The notes under the pieces are model-generated. The model did not search any database, was not told the DNA's origin, and saw nothing but the letters and a program-made list of their open reading frames with translations. The translations under genes were made by a program, and so were the position numbers. Positions 1 through 11,622 of a stretch of DNA of 64,000 nt are shown piece after piece. How positions within the stretch are numbered: position 1 is the first letter of the stretch; the number at the start of each line of letters is the position of its first letter. Source of the stretch: Macrostomum hystrix (Eukaryota; Animalia; Platyhelminthes); assembly GCA_950097015.1 (NCBI GenBank), contig CATNEN010000029.1, positions 5,952,001 to 6,016,000 of the forward strand, written 5' to 3'.

Positions 1-356
1 GGAAGAAGTTTTACAATAAAGTTTTACACTAAATTGACTTGAAGCAATACCCTGTCCCAGATCTAGAGTATACAGTACATTGTTGTAGTTGAATGTCGGT
101 TTGCAATTCATCAGCAACTGAGTAGAAAGAATGAAAATATTTCTATTTCTGTTCTGTGGTATTTATATACAGATAGCCAGGTTTTTCAGCATCAATTTAT
201 GACGTCATGGCTATGCAGATATGTATTTATGACTTCATAGACATGCAGCTACGTCATGGCTATAAGGCAATGAAGTTTGTTACAAAGAACTTTGAGTACG
301 CTCAGTGTACCTGAGTTTCAGGTTTCAACCAATAGTAACATAAAAACTTAAGGCGA

Positions 357-662
357 GGGGACTAAGTGGCGGAGTGTTAACGCGTTAGCCTTTCGCACCA
401 ATTTCCCTAAACTCGATTCTGAGGCCAGACCACACTCATTTGGTGCGCAGCCGCGGAGAGAAGGCTTGGATGCTTATCGTGCAATTTACGCCCTTGAGGG
501 CCAACCTCCAAAGCACAGTGTCCACTGCCTAACGATGAGAAAGTCAGGGAAGATGTACACACCTGTGTCAGTGTGCCTGGATACGGTATCTGTGTGCGTG
601 TGTGCTCAGGAGTCGGCGGAATGGGCAGAATCATCGCTGGCTGCGGGTCGACTATCGCTAAA
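357..662 (+). mobile_element. tRNA-derived SINE, family 1 (long form)
   Basis: A-box-like GTGGCGGAGTG and B-box-like CTCGATTC. Body (GCAGCCGCGGAGAGAAGGCTT ... GAGGGCCAACCTCCAA ... GATGAGAAAGTCAGG) is shared with copies at 4197, 28402, 1400 and 6562. Confidence 0.8.
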
Positions 663-1399
663 AGACGTGTCAGTGCCATCAGCCCGCGACTTATCGTTTT
701 TGTTAACGTACACTTAATGACCGACTAATTTGCAACTTCGATAGTTCAGCATGGTTCTCATTTTGACATCAGTGCGATCAGGAGAGTTAATCGGTGACGT
801 CATTAAAATCAGCCAGTACTCAGGCGAGTTTATCGGTACACCAGAGTGTGTCTAATTGCCTCATCAGCCCATTGCTAGCAAACCAACGCTATCTTAAAGC
901 GGTGTTTCTAGGCCCACAGCAATCAACAGCAGGAGACTATAAGAGGCCAATTTCCCGTGTGAGTATCCAAAAGCGAGTTCGGATCATGCGCATATCCACT
1001 AGAGCTTGGACACAGTTTGGCTACAGTTGGCTGACGGAGTCAATCTGGCACCGTTTCGCCGAGCAGTAGCAGTACCAAAGAGAGGAGTGGAACAGCGGAT
1101 TGCTGCTAATTAAATTGTCCGACAGCTGGAGCTGCTACATGGGGCATAGCGAGATGTTATTATTGCTACTTATAGTAGGTAATAAAGCTTGATAATCGTA
1201 ACTAATCCTAGATCAAATACGATTGAATATTTTAGCCAATCGTATATTCTACTCTATACTAAATGCTACACTGTTGTAAATCAGATTTTATATTATATCC
1301 CATGATATATTTAAAATATTTCAAAGGAGGGGTGTGGGCAATGGTAACATCATTCGGTGACAGTAGATCTGCAGCTAGCGAAGAGGCAATTCTTTCCAT

Positions 1400-1560
1400 T
1401 CCGTGGACTCCTGAGCACAGACTCACACAGATACCATACGCAGGCACGCGCTCACACAGGTGTGTACATCTGCCTTGACTTTCTCGTCGTCAGGCGGTGT
1501 ACATTCTCACTGTGCCTTGGAGGTTGGCCTCGCTGCGGAATCGAGCTCAATGATCATGGT
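1400..1560 (-). mobile_element. SINE family 1, internally deleted copy
   Basis: Reverse complement of the family-1 body (tgtacatctgccttgactttctcgtcgtcagg ... gtgccttggaggttggcc) joined directly to the B-box region (gcggaatcgagctca). Confidence 0.7.
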
Positions 1561-2570
1561 TTCCTAAACTTATCCGAGTCTCCAGACAACTAAAGCTCCA
1601 CTTATAAGGCAAACAAATCATCGAATAATCAACCAGTTTTTAGTAGCGTCTTTGCAAAAGCAGAGACAAGTTATCGGAATGTCGGACAAAAAGGTAAGAT
1701 TTTATTTATTTTGTACCACTGCTAACAACATAGCCACGAGTGCTTTGCAAAGCAGATAGCAATACAAACCGAAGCAGACTAGAGCACAGCCCTACTACTT
1801 GACCAGAATAAAATCAAAGAAAATTGCTAATCAATCCTAGGAATACTACTGTAAGTAATATGGAGTCATCTTGATACTTCTCTATTTACACACAAACATA
1901 TCAGAACTTGTTGAGATAATAAAAAGTTGAATAATGAAAAATTCAATTTAAAAATGGTGCACAATGCAAGCTTGAGAACCGACGATGTTTTAGAATATTG
2001 AATCCTCAACAATGAATATATATTTTAGCAGCTGTTTTAGTAGCTTAACAATTAGGGAATGTTTCGATCTAAGGTTACAATTCAACAAACCAAGCTGCCT
2101 AAAAAGAGAGAAATATAAAAATAATTGCACACGCACTAATATATTACTTATATGTTTAAAACTATTAGTAGCTAGTTACGAATATATATAATCGGTCATG
2201 TGCGCCTAAGAGAACCAATAAAATACAGTCTGATTATGTAAAATAATTCACGATAAAATATAAGACCGTAGCACAATGCACACAATGCACACAATGCACA
2301 CACTTAAGACTAGCTATAGCTATAGGAATGCTGACGGAATAAAATGGAAATTATCTAGACACTAAATTGTACATCAGTTTTACGAGGCAAGGAGACGCGC
2401 AAGTTAAATGACTCAGAATTTACAAGTTAGAAGAAAAAAGTTGACCTGCTTTTTCCTTGCCGTCCGACGTACAGTTCTGTCCTCACTGCAGGTACCCACG
2501 AACTGGAAACATAAAAAAACAGAAGCTATTGACTTTTTGCCGAGAGATCAGCGGAATGGACAAAATCGCC

Positions 2571-5500
2571 CTACATGCTGGCTTGGCTAAAATATGCATT
2601 AGTGCCTGCAGCCACATTGCGAATGAACTCACTGGCCGCCCTGCTGGCCTCGCTGCCAACGTGCTCCCGCTCAGCCATGGCCAGCTCGCGACGACGACGC
2701 TCCTCGGCTAGCGACAGGCCGCCCAGCTCCTGGCGGGTGAACTCCTGCAGGCTGTAGCCCGCCAGAACCCGCCGGATGCGGGCCTTCCGGTCGGCCGCCG
2801 CGGCCTCCGCCTCCGCCTCAGCCAGCAGGGCAGAAGATTTCGCAACGGCCTGGGAGTTCAGCAGCTCCTGGACCGAGACCGACCGACGCCCGCCGACGCT
2901 GCCGCTGCCGGCGCTGCCGTCGCCGCCGACTCCAGCGAGTCGACGCTGTGGCAGCGGCGGCGGACGCTCCATTGCTGTCTGAACTGAGAGGGCCTGTTCA
3001 ACCAGCATTCGGTTGTTGGGCGCGGGTGCTAGGGATCGAATTGTGGGAGGCGGGTGCAGTTGGGATAGTCTCGAATCTGATGAAGCAATTCATTTCACAA
3101 AGTTAGCACAAACACATCGGAGACAGAGTCAAAAAACCTCAAACTAGAAATCTAACCTTCACGGAGGCCAACAGCTCGATTCAACTGCTGCCGGCCATAA
3201 CCGTTAGGACCGGAGCCTCCGAAATAGCCGCCTTCATCGCCGTCCTCGCTGTTGGCATTGGCATATCCGTAGCCGTAGCCGCTGTAGCCGTCATGCAAAG
3301 CTGAATTCAGAGCCGGAGTTGAAACAGCGGCTCGCAGTGGCGAAAAAGTTGAAACTCCAACATTAGCGCTGACATTGCGGCGAGGAAATTTTGCCGCCAA
3401 ATCGACGCAGTCGCCTGTGTCCAAATCCGTCTCTAGGTAGGAACCCAGATTGGAGCCAGTGCGCTTGCCTGTACCGGCAGACTTTGACACCAAACCGACG
3501 CCGCCGCTTCGACGGCCGAGGTCGGCCATGAAGTCGGCCAGGCCGGACTTTCGCCGTCGATGCTCGGCGTAGGCGGCCTCTAAATTGGCCAGCTCGGACT
3601 CTAGACGACGTCGCGTTCGACGAAATTCCACATCGCCTTCAGCAACTTCGAAGGCTACACTGCCCAGCGAGCCAGAGCCAGCTGGCTGGCACTGGCGCGC
3701 CACCTCCGCCTCCTGACGCCGTCGCTGCTGGCCGATGACTGGACGAGCTGGGCGCGCCTGGCCCGGCTGGAGCAGGTGTCGCCGGTACTCGCTGGCGAAG
3801 GCCAGATCGTCGCCCTGGTACATGGCGCCCATGGCGATGATGTTGGCGATGAAGCTGAGGAGAGGCTCGCTTAGCTCCAACTGGTGCTCGGCCTCGCGAA
3901 TCTCCTGGCGCAGCCGCTCGGCGGTGGCCGATGTGGCCGAATGTGCGGCGGCCAGGCGCAGGCAGTGATCCCGGCGACGCTCCAGCGTGGCCTTCTCTCT
4001 TTGAAGCTGGATCAGCAGCAGCAGCAGCTCGTCGTGAGGCTTGCCAAGCAGGTCGGAGGCTGCGATGCTCATGCGCTTGGCCAGGCCGCTTACTGGATAG
4101 CGGCGGCGAATCTCTTCGAGCGGCGCCGTAGCCTGAATGTGTCAGTGAGAACACATGATCACCATGCTCACCAGCCTACTATCAGTAGCGAATTTCGGGT
4201 CGATTGGACGGTGAGTGGCAGAGCGGTCTAACGCGTTGTCGCGTTTGCATCGCACACTAAGGTCCCTGAGCTCGATTCCGCGGAGAGGCCGCATTCATTT
4301 TAGGGCGCAGCCGCCGAGAGAAGGCTTGGGGTCAACTTCCAAGGCCCTGTGAGAGTGTACACGGCCTGACGATGAGAAAGTCATGGCAGATGCACACACC
4401 TGTGTGATTGTGTGCCTGCGTAAATTATCGGCATGAGTCAGTGCTCAGAAGTCAGTGGAATGGACAGAATTGCCTTCTCGCTGGCTGCGGGTCTACTGTC
4501 ACCAAATGATGTACAATTGCCACTGCCCTCCTGCAAATATGAATATTATTTTTAATGATTATTCATGTCGATTGTGTACTCACCAGCACTTGATTATCAT
4601 CCATGTAGGGATCCTCCCGCACAGTTTCTATCAGTCGATAGGAGCTTGGATCGGCACTGACGCCGGCTCCGGCACCTCCGCCATTCATTCGTCGAGGATT
4701 AGTATTGTGTGCGAAGCCTAGAACAGAAATAGATCAACTGAATTGTTCGACTGAGCACATTGGAGAATTGGGGTGCAAGGAGGATAAAAATGTGAAAAAA
4801 ACTGAGCACATTGGAGAATTGGGGTACAAGGAGGTTAAAAATGTGAAAAAAACTGAGCACATTGGAGAATTGGGGTACAAGGAGGTTAAAAATGTGAAAA
4901 AAAAACACGAGAGTATAGTAGTAGATGGTCAATTAAGCAAGTTTTCAAATAAGACTTACTAGCAGAAGCTCCAGTAGTGGATAAAATTCCATTGTTAATA
5001 TTAACGACTCGATCGACTGGATAATTAGTCCTAGCAACAAACGGCGGGTCAACTCGGACCACAGCGTACTGAGCCTCGTCGGATTCGGTGCGCAAACTGC
5101 CGACTGCGCTGGCTCTGCTGTCAGCAGCCGCAGCGGCTGGAGGGTAGGCAGCGTATGGCATCTGATACTCTGGCTGCTGCTCATGCTGATAATGATTGAC
5201 AGAGAATGCCTGGGCCAGATTCGGCTGGGACACTGTCAGCTGTCGACGACGCGCTACCACCTCGGAGGCGCTGCCGCTCTGGCGTCGATAACCAATTAAA
5301 TCGCTGCTCGTCACAACGGTGGCTGCGTTGTTGAGGCGCGGTAATGACCATCAGGTCATCAATAAGAAAATAACAGATTGGAAGAATTCTCTACTTAAAT
5401 ATTTTGTCGACCCAACTCAGTTTTTTGGTCCATATTTTATCACGTCTGACTCTGCCTGTGCATTGATCTGTCTGCCACCAAAGCAGATTGTCGATTTCGT

Positions 5501-6816
5501 TTTTATCCTAACATGCTCGTACCCGTAAATGTCGATAGAGAGATTTCATGAATAAGACACTTTAAATATGAAAGCTATGTTCTAATTTGATGTTAGTAAA
5601 GTTGTGCATTATGTCATCATTGTACAATAATTTATTTAATTCATCAAAAATTTAGTTTCGATGTTTCTTCCGGACGAACGATCGGATGCAATTTCTGATT
5701 CTTAACGGCGAAGACTAACAAAGACAACAAGTAGACAGTGGTGAAACTACAATTGAATTGAACAAGTCGTGCTCCGAACGTCCAAAAAAGGTAGACCGGC
5801 TTCGGAAGGGCGTTAGTATTGTGAGCTGCACTCTTTCCATTGTTTTTTGTTAATTGGCCGTGCCCCGTCCACTCTCTAGTGCGTCCATTCTATGTATTCT
5901 CTTTCACGGTCCCACTAACATAGAAAAAATTACAAGTTTGATTTTTCGCGCCGGTCGAACGTTGAAATTTGGATTTTCTAGTTACTAGTCAGTAAATTTG
6001 AACAATTAGAAGCTCACAGTTATAATTGTAGGAGTCCAAGTTTTTCTCGAAAATATGCTGCTGCTGCTGCTGCTGCTGTTTTAGAGAGGCAGCGGACAGA
6101 GCCAGGTACCAGGCCTCGAATTCCTCCTGAGTGCCAGTGCTCAGGTACACGGCCAACTGATTCGGCTCCTCTAGCTAAAGTATGCCAGGTAGAGAGTTGT
6201 TGCTATGGCAGCGAGATACAATTAAAACTGAATAAATATTAATAACTTACCTTGATGGAGCTCCTGTACTGGCCAGTTGAGTCGTGTGACTGAGTTACCC
6301 TGGCGCTGGTTAGCAGCAGCGCGTACAGGCACTCTTTGCCATCGGGATCTGCAGTGTGTAAACATACCCAATAAGACATTTTTATCACTAGATCATTGAT
6401 TTGCTGTTTAATTGTCAGGCAGCATTGCACACACCTTTGTACAGGTAGAGGCAGCTGTCGTATAGTACTGCCCATCGCCTCTTCCAGCCGCTTCTACCGC
6501 CAACAGTTTCCTGTGCAGAATTAAAAAACTAATTTTGTACTTGCTTGGCTATTATACTGATTCTGCCCGTTTCGCTGACTCCTGAGCACACAAACACACA
6601 TACACTGTACGCAGGCACACGCTCACACGTGTACATCTGCCCTGACTTTCTCATCGTCAGGCAGTGTACATTCTCGCTGTGCCTTTAAGACGAGTGTGCC
6701 ATGATTCTAGAATCTGCATGTTCTGGACTTACGTATCTCAGCAGGTAGCCTTGTCTATCTAAACTTCGTGACAGTGGTGGCGGTGGCGGTGGCGGCGGCG
6801 GCCGTGGCAGCGACAT
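2571..6816 (-). CDS. PH-domain and coiled-coil protein (PLEKHA4-7/kramer-like), 8 coding exons, about 784 aa
   Basis: Exons 6816-6733, 6510-6435, 6348-6251, 6174-6018, 5322-4960, 4717-4623, 4132-3157 and 3076-2571 are all GT-AG with compatible phases and sum to 2355 nt. The spliced PH domain reads RQGYLLRY|ETVGGRSGWKRRWAVLYDSCLYLYK|DPDGKECLYALLLTS...IK|LEEPNQLAVYLSTGTQEEFEAWYLALSAAS. A coiled-coil segment DLLGKPHDELLLLLIQLQRE follows. The PLEKHA assignment is from recalled similarity; the start codon and last exon are less certain. Confidence 0.8.
4197..4503 (+). mobile_element. SINE family 1 copy in an intron of the PH gene
   Basis: GTGGCAGAGCGG A-box, CTCGATTCC B-box and the same body and 3' part (gtgctcagaagtcagtggaatggacagaat...gctggctgcgggtc) as 357-662. 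Confidence 0.8.
4750..4903. repeat. 51-bp tandem repeat x3 (intronic)
   Basis: actgagcacattggagaattgggg... starts at 4750, 4801 and 4852. Confidence 0.9.
6562..6690 (-). mobile_element. SINE family 1, 3' fragment in intron 1 of the PH gene
   Basis: ctcctgagcacac...gtgtacatctgccctgactttctcatcgtcaggcagtgtacattctcgctgtgcc is the reverse complement of the family-1 body. Confidence 0.7.
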
Positions 6817-7689
6817 CGGTGTTGGCGGTCTGTAGCAGCAGCACTAGATAGCAGATGGTGCTTCAGAATTTGTATAGAAGTTTCAATTGGGAGGTTTTAC
6901 TGAAAATTAAAATCAGTTAAAAACTATATATTAAACTCATCTTCAAGGTAATTAGAGCTATTTAACTTCTAAGTCATTCGCAGTCTAAACAGCAGTAATA
7001 AATGCTTCTCAGTTAGACAAAAGCCATTCTACAGAGGGTGGCTGAGCACTCAGTGAGTGTTCTTTAGCCTTTTTAAGAGTTTAAGTTGCAGTTGGCCAAT
7101 GGAAATTGCCTACCCACCTTCCTCCAAATAGCGACCCATAGGGTGAGCACGGACTCCCCTACACTATATGGGATCTGCAAGGTCTTGGAGAATGGGAAGA
7201 AGCAGGAAGAAGTAAAAAGACCGATTGTAAGTAGTTTACTAACAGTCAGTGAATAAGGTGGACATTCTTGCTAAGAAGACCTCTTACTAAGCACCCACCC
7301 ATACACACACAGTACTTGCTTGAACATGAAACACCAAGATTGAAATCAACAGGAAGTATTGTTTAATTTTAGCTGAACAAAAAATAACAACACAAGACAC
7401 ATTAGACACGCGATTCGATGTATTATATATTTCTGAGATATTTAGCACTTGAAATACTTTCGTGACCTTCTTAAACAGATTAAAAGTGCAGATTTAGTGC
7501 AGAAAAAACAACATGGCAATGAAAGGCTAACAATGAAAGACTACGAACTACAAGGACTAAAGGATAAGATTGAGCCAATGTATAGATGGGTTATTAAGGC
7601 TAAAATAATCACTACAAACAACAATAGGGACTCAGTTACATAGAACTTCCATTACTACCGCTTTTGCAGCAAATTTTAAAATTAAGCCG

Positions 7690-8140
7690 AAAATATTTTC
7701 CGGTACTTATCACAAAAATCCTATATTTTCCTGTACTTATCACAAAAATCCTATATTTTCCTGTACTTATCACAAAAATCCTATATTTTCCTGTACTTAT
7801 CACAAAAATCCTATATTTTCCTGTACTTATCACAAAAATCCTATATTTTCCTGTACTTATCACAAAAATCCTATATTTTCCGGTACTTATCACAAAAATC
7901 CTATATATTATGGTACTTATAACAAAAATCCTATATTTTCCAAAACTTATCACAAAAATCCTATATTTTCCGGTACTTATCACAGAACTTCTATATTTTC
8001 CGGTACTTATCACAGAACTTCTATATATTATGGTACTTATAACAAAAATCCTATATTTTCCAATACTTATAACAAAAATCCTATATATTTTCCGGTACTT
8101 ATCACAAAACTATTATATTTTCGGGTACTTTTCACAAAAA
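7690..8140. repeat. 30-bp minisatellite, about 15 copies
   Basis: Unit ttttcc(g/t)gtacttatcacaaaaatcctata, degenerating at the right end. Confidence 0.95.
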
Positions 8141-8630
8141 TCCAATATTTTCTGGCCGCTAACATAAATCATATTTTCGTTGCTTTCGTTAACACAAAAC
8201 ACAACTTCCGTTACTTTTCGCCTACGCCGTTAAATTTACTATTAAGATAAACTTCAAAATTAAATACACTTTCATGACGATTGCCTGCTGCACAATTGGC
8301 AGTAAAAATCACTTTAAATCAATATAAAAAGTGCATCGATAATGGTACAAATTTCAAAGTTCCAAGCAAATGATCGAGCACCTACACGCAATGAAAAAAA
8401 TTAGTAAAAAATTGTGATCAGCAATTCCACCTTACATTGCTCAATAATTTGTGAATTAGGTACAACAGTAGACACACACTATGCAAGTAAGCAGCTAGAA
8501 TATATAATAATATCAAATGAAAAAGTACATCACTGTCACAAAATGCACTTTTTAAAGAAATAGTTAATTGTCTTATATTTTACAAGCGTATATCACTGCT
8601 ACATATGGTTTTTATGTTCCACCGAGTGAT

Positions 8631-9025
8631 TAATTTCACTCCACAGTAAGACATTGAGTGCCCGATTTCACCCCACAGTAAGACACTGAGTCTTCAATTT
8701 CACTCCACAGTAAGACACTGAGTCTTAAATTTCACTCCACAGTAAGACACTGAGTCTTAAATTTCACTCCACAGTAAGACACTGGGTCTTCAATTTCACT
8801 CCACAGTAAGACACTGGGTCTTCAATTTCACCCCACAGTAAGACACTGAGTCTTTAATTTCACCCCACAGTAAGACACTGAGTCTTTAATTTCACTCCAC
8901 AGTAAGACACTGAGTCTTCAATTTCACTCCACAGTAAGACACTGAGTCTTCAATTTCACTCCACAGTAAGACACTGAGTCTTTAATTTCACTCCACAGTA
9001 AGACACTGAGTCTTTAATTTCACTC
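8631..9025. repeat. 32-bp minisatellite, about 12 copies
   Basis: Unit ccacagtaagacactgagtcttcaatttcact. Confidence 0.95.
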
Positions 9026-9437
9026 ACTCTTCAGTCACTAATTGCAAGTTTTGTTTAAAACGGTGTGTAAATTAAAAACTTTTTGAATTACTTTTAGCGT
9101 CAAAATTAGAACAAAAAAAATTCGATTGCGGACAAAAGAAAGTCAATGAGAAATCAATCCAATAAGGAGAATAAGCTACAGAGACGAATAATCAGAGTAC
9201 AAAGCATTGCATAAAATAAGTAAATGTCTGGTCCGATTGCCTGAAATAGCAAATTAACGAGGTCAGACAGAATAATGCACGCTAACGAAATACAGTATGC
9301 CCAAGTCATCAACATCGTGCTATAAATAATAAAATTACATTTAAACTGCAGCTACTGAAGTACCGATCAATGTATAGAAAATAATGTAATAATTATTTTA
9401 AAATGTACAGCAGTACAATATACTGCAATTTACCGTT

Positions 9438-9655
9438 AAGGTTAACTTGCTTGTCTAACAGGTTAACTTGCTTGTCTAACAGGTTAACTTGCTTGTCTAA
9501 CAGGTTAACTTGCTTGTCTGACAGGTTAACTTGCTTGTCTGACAGGTTAACTTGCTTGTCTGACAGGTTAACTTGCTTGTCTAACAGGTTAACTTGCTTG
9601 TCTAACAGGTTAACTTGCTTGTCTAACAGGTAACGTGCTTGCGTAACAGGTTAAA
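9438..9655. repeat. 21-bp minisatellite, about 10 copies
   Basis: Unit aggttaacttgcttgtctaac. Confidence 0.95.
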
Positions 9656-9998
9656 TGTCAGTGTAACCGGCTATTAAGCAGTGTAAAGCAATTACACCAT
9701 TACCACTACAGTCCATGAAGTTGAAAACGGTAAAGAATTGAATGTCAGTTTCTGGATAAAAAATGAAATGCCAAATTTTGCCATTTTCGATGCAAAATAC
9801 GCATTTACGGCGAAAAAATTCCATGACAAATAAAACACATAATCAAAACACAGTCGCAATGGAAGACATTAGTAAAAAAATATAAAAAAAAGACAAGTAT
9901 AACAATTATTTCTGTCTTTAGTGCTCGTAGATTTTGGCAGAGCTATAATGTTCCGTAGAGCATTTAACACTAGCACTTTCTAAAGGGAAACAAATACA

Positions 9999-11220
9999 TA
10001 ACAGGTGACACTTGTACCTAAACTAACACCAATATCTAACAGGTGACACTTGTACCTAAACTAACACCAATATCTAACAGGTGACACTTGTACCTAAACT
10101 AACACCAATATCTAACAGGTGACACTTGTACCTAAACTAACACCAATATCTAACAGGTGACACTTGTACCTAAACTAACACCAATATCTAACAGGTGACA
10201 CTTGTACCTAAACTAACACCAATATCTAACAGGTGACACTTGTACCTAAACTAACACCAATATCTAACAGGTGACACTTGTACCTAAACTAACACCAATA
10301 TCTAACAGGTGACACTTGTACCTAAACTAACACCAATATCTAACAGGTGACACCTGTATCTAACACACCAACTATATCTAACAGGTGACACCTGTATCTA
10401 ACACCAACTATATCTAACAGGTGACACCTGTATCTAACACACCAACTATATCTAACAGGTGACACCTGTATCTAACACACCAACTATATCTAACAGGTGA
10501 CACCTGTATCTAACACACCAACTATATCTAACAGGTGACACCAGTATCTAACACACCAACTATATCTAACAGGTGACACCTGTATCTAACACACCAACTA
10601 TATCTAACAGGTGACACCTGTATCTAACACACCAACTATATCTAACAGGTGACACCTGTATCTAACACACCAACTATATCTAACAGGTGACACCAGTATC
10701 TAACACACCAACTATATCTAACAGGTGACACCTGTATCTAACACACCAACTATATCTAACAGGTGACACCTGTATCTAACACCAACTATATCTAACAGGT
10801 GACACCTGTATCTAACACACCAACTATATCTAACAGGTGACACCTGTATCTAACACACCAACTATATCTAACAGGTGACACCTGTATCTAACACACCAAC
10901 TATATCTAACAGGTGACACCTGTATCTAACACACCAACTATATCTAACAGGTGACACCTGTATCTAACACACCAACTATATCTAACAGGTGACACCTGTA
11001 TCTAACACACCAACTATATCTAACAGGTGACACCTGTATCTAACACACCAACTATATCTAACAGGTGACACCAGTATCTAACACACCAACTATATCTAAC
11101 AGGTGACACCTGTATCTAACACACCAACTATATCTAACAGGTGACACCTGTATCTAACACACCAACTATATCTAACAGGTGACACCTGTATCTAACACAC
11201 CAACTATATCTAACAGGTAA
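9999..11220. repeat. 38-bp minisatellite in two variant blocks, about 32 copies
   Basis: aacaggtgacacttgtacctaaactaacaccaatatct up to about 10350, then aacaggtgacacctgtatctaacacaccaactatatct. Confidence 0.95.
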
Positions 11221-11622
11221 GACATGTATTTTTACCTCTAAATTTCCAAATCGAACAGGTAAATCTTAATCTAAGAACTTAACAGAACAAGCTATTTTCC
11301 GTATTTTAAATACCCACTGCCTACTTCACAATGGCTCCCAAACCGAATGACCGATTTTCGTGAAAGTCCACCATATGGATAAAATATTAATGCCCTATAC
11401 GATGAGCTAACTTTCAAAGCCGTCCGACGTCAGCATCGTCGAGATATTCAGCGATTCTTGTCGAAGACTCCTGGTGACAAGGACAACTGACATTGCTCTG
11501 CGTAAACCTCTATTGCGAATCCATTTGGGTAAAATATGCCTATATTGGTGGTTCTTGCCACCAGACACTCCGACGAGAAAAATGGGGGACGTGGGTATTT
11601 GAAATAGCCCTGTAGTCTTTTT

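Noticed and set aside
7636-9633. Repeat-peptide ORFs at 7636-8167 and 9403-9633
   Set aside because: Minisatellite artefacts of the 30-bp and 21-bp units.
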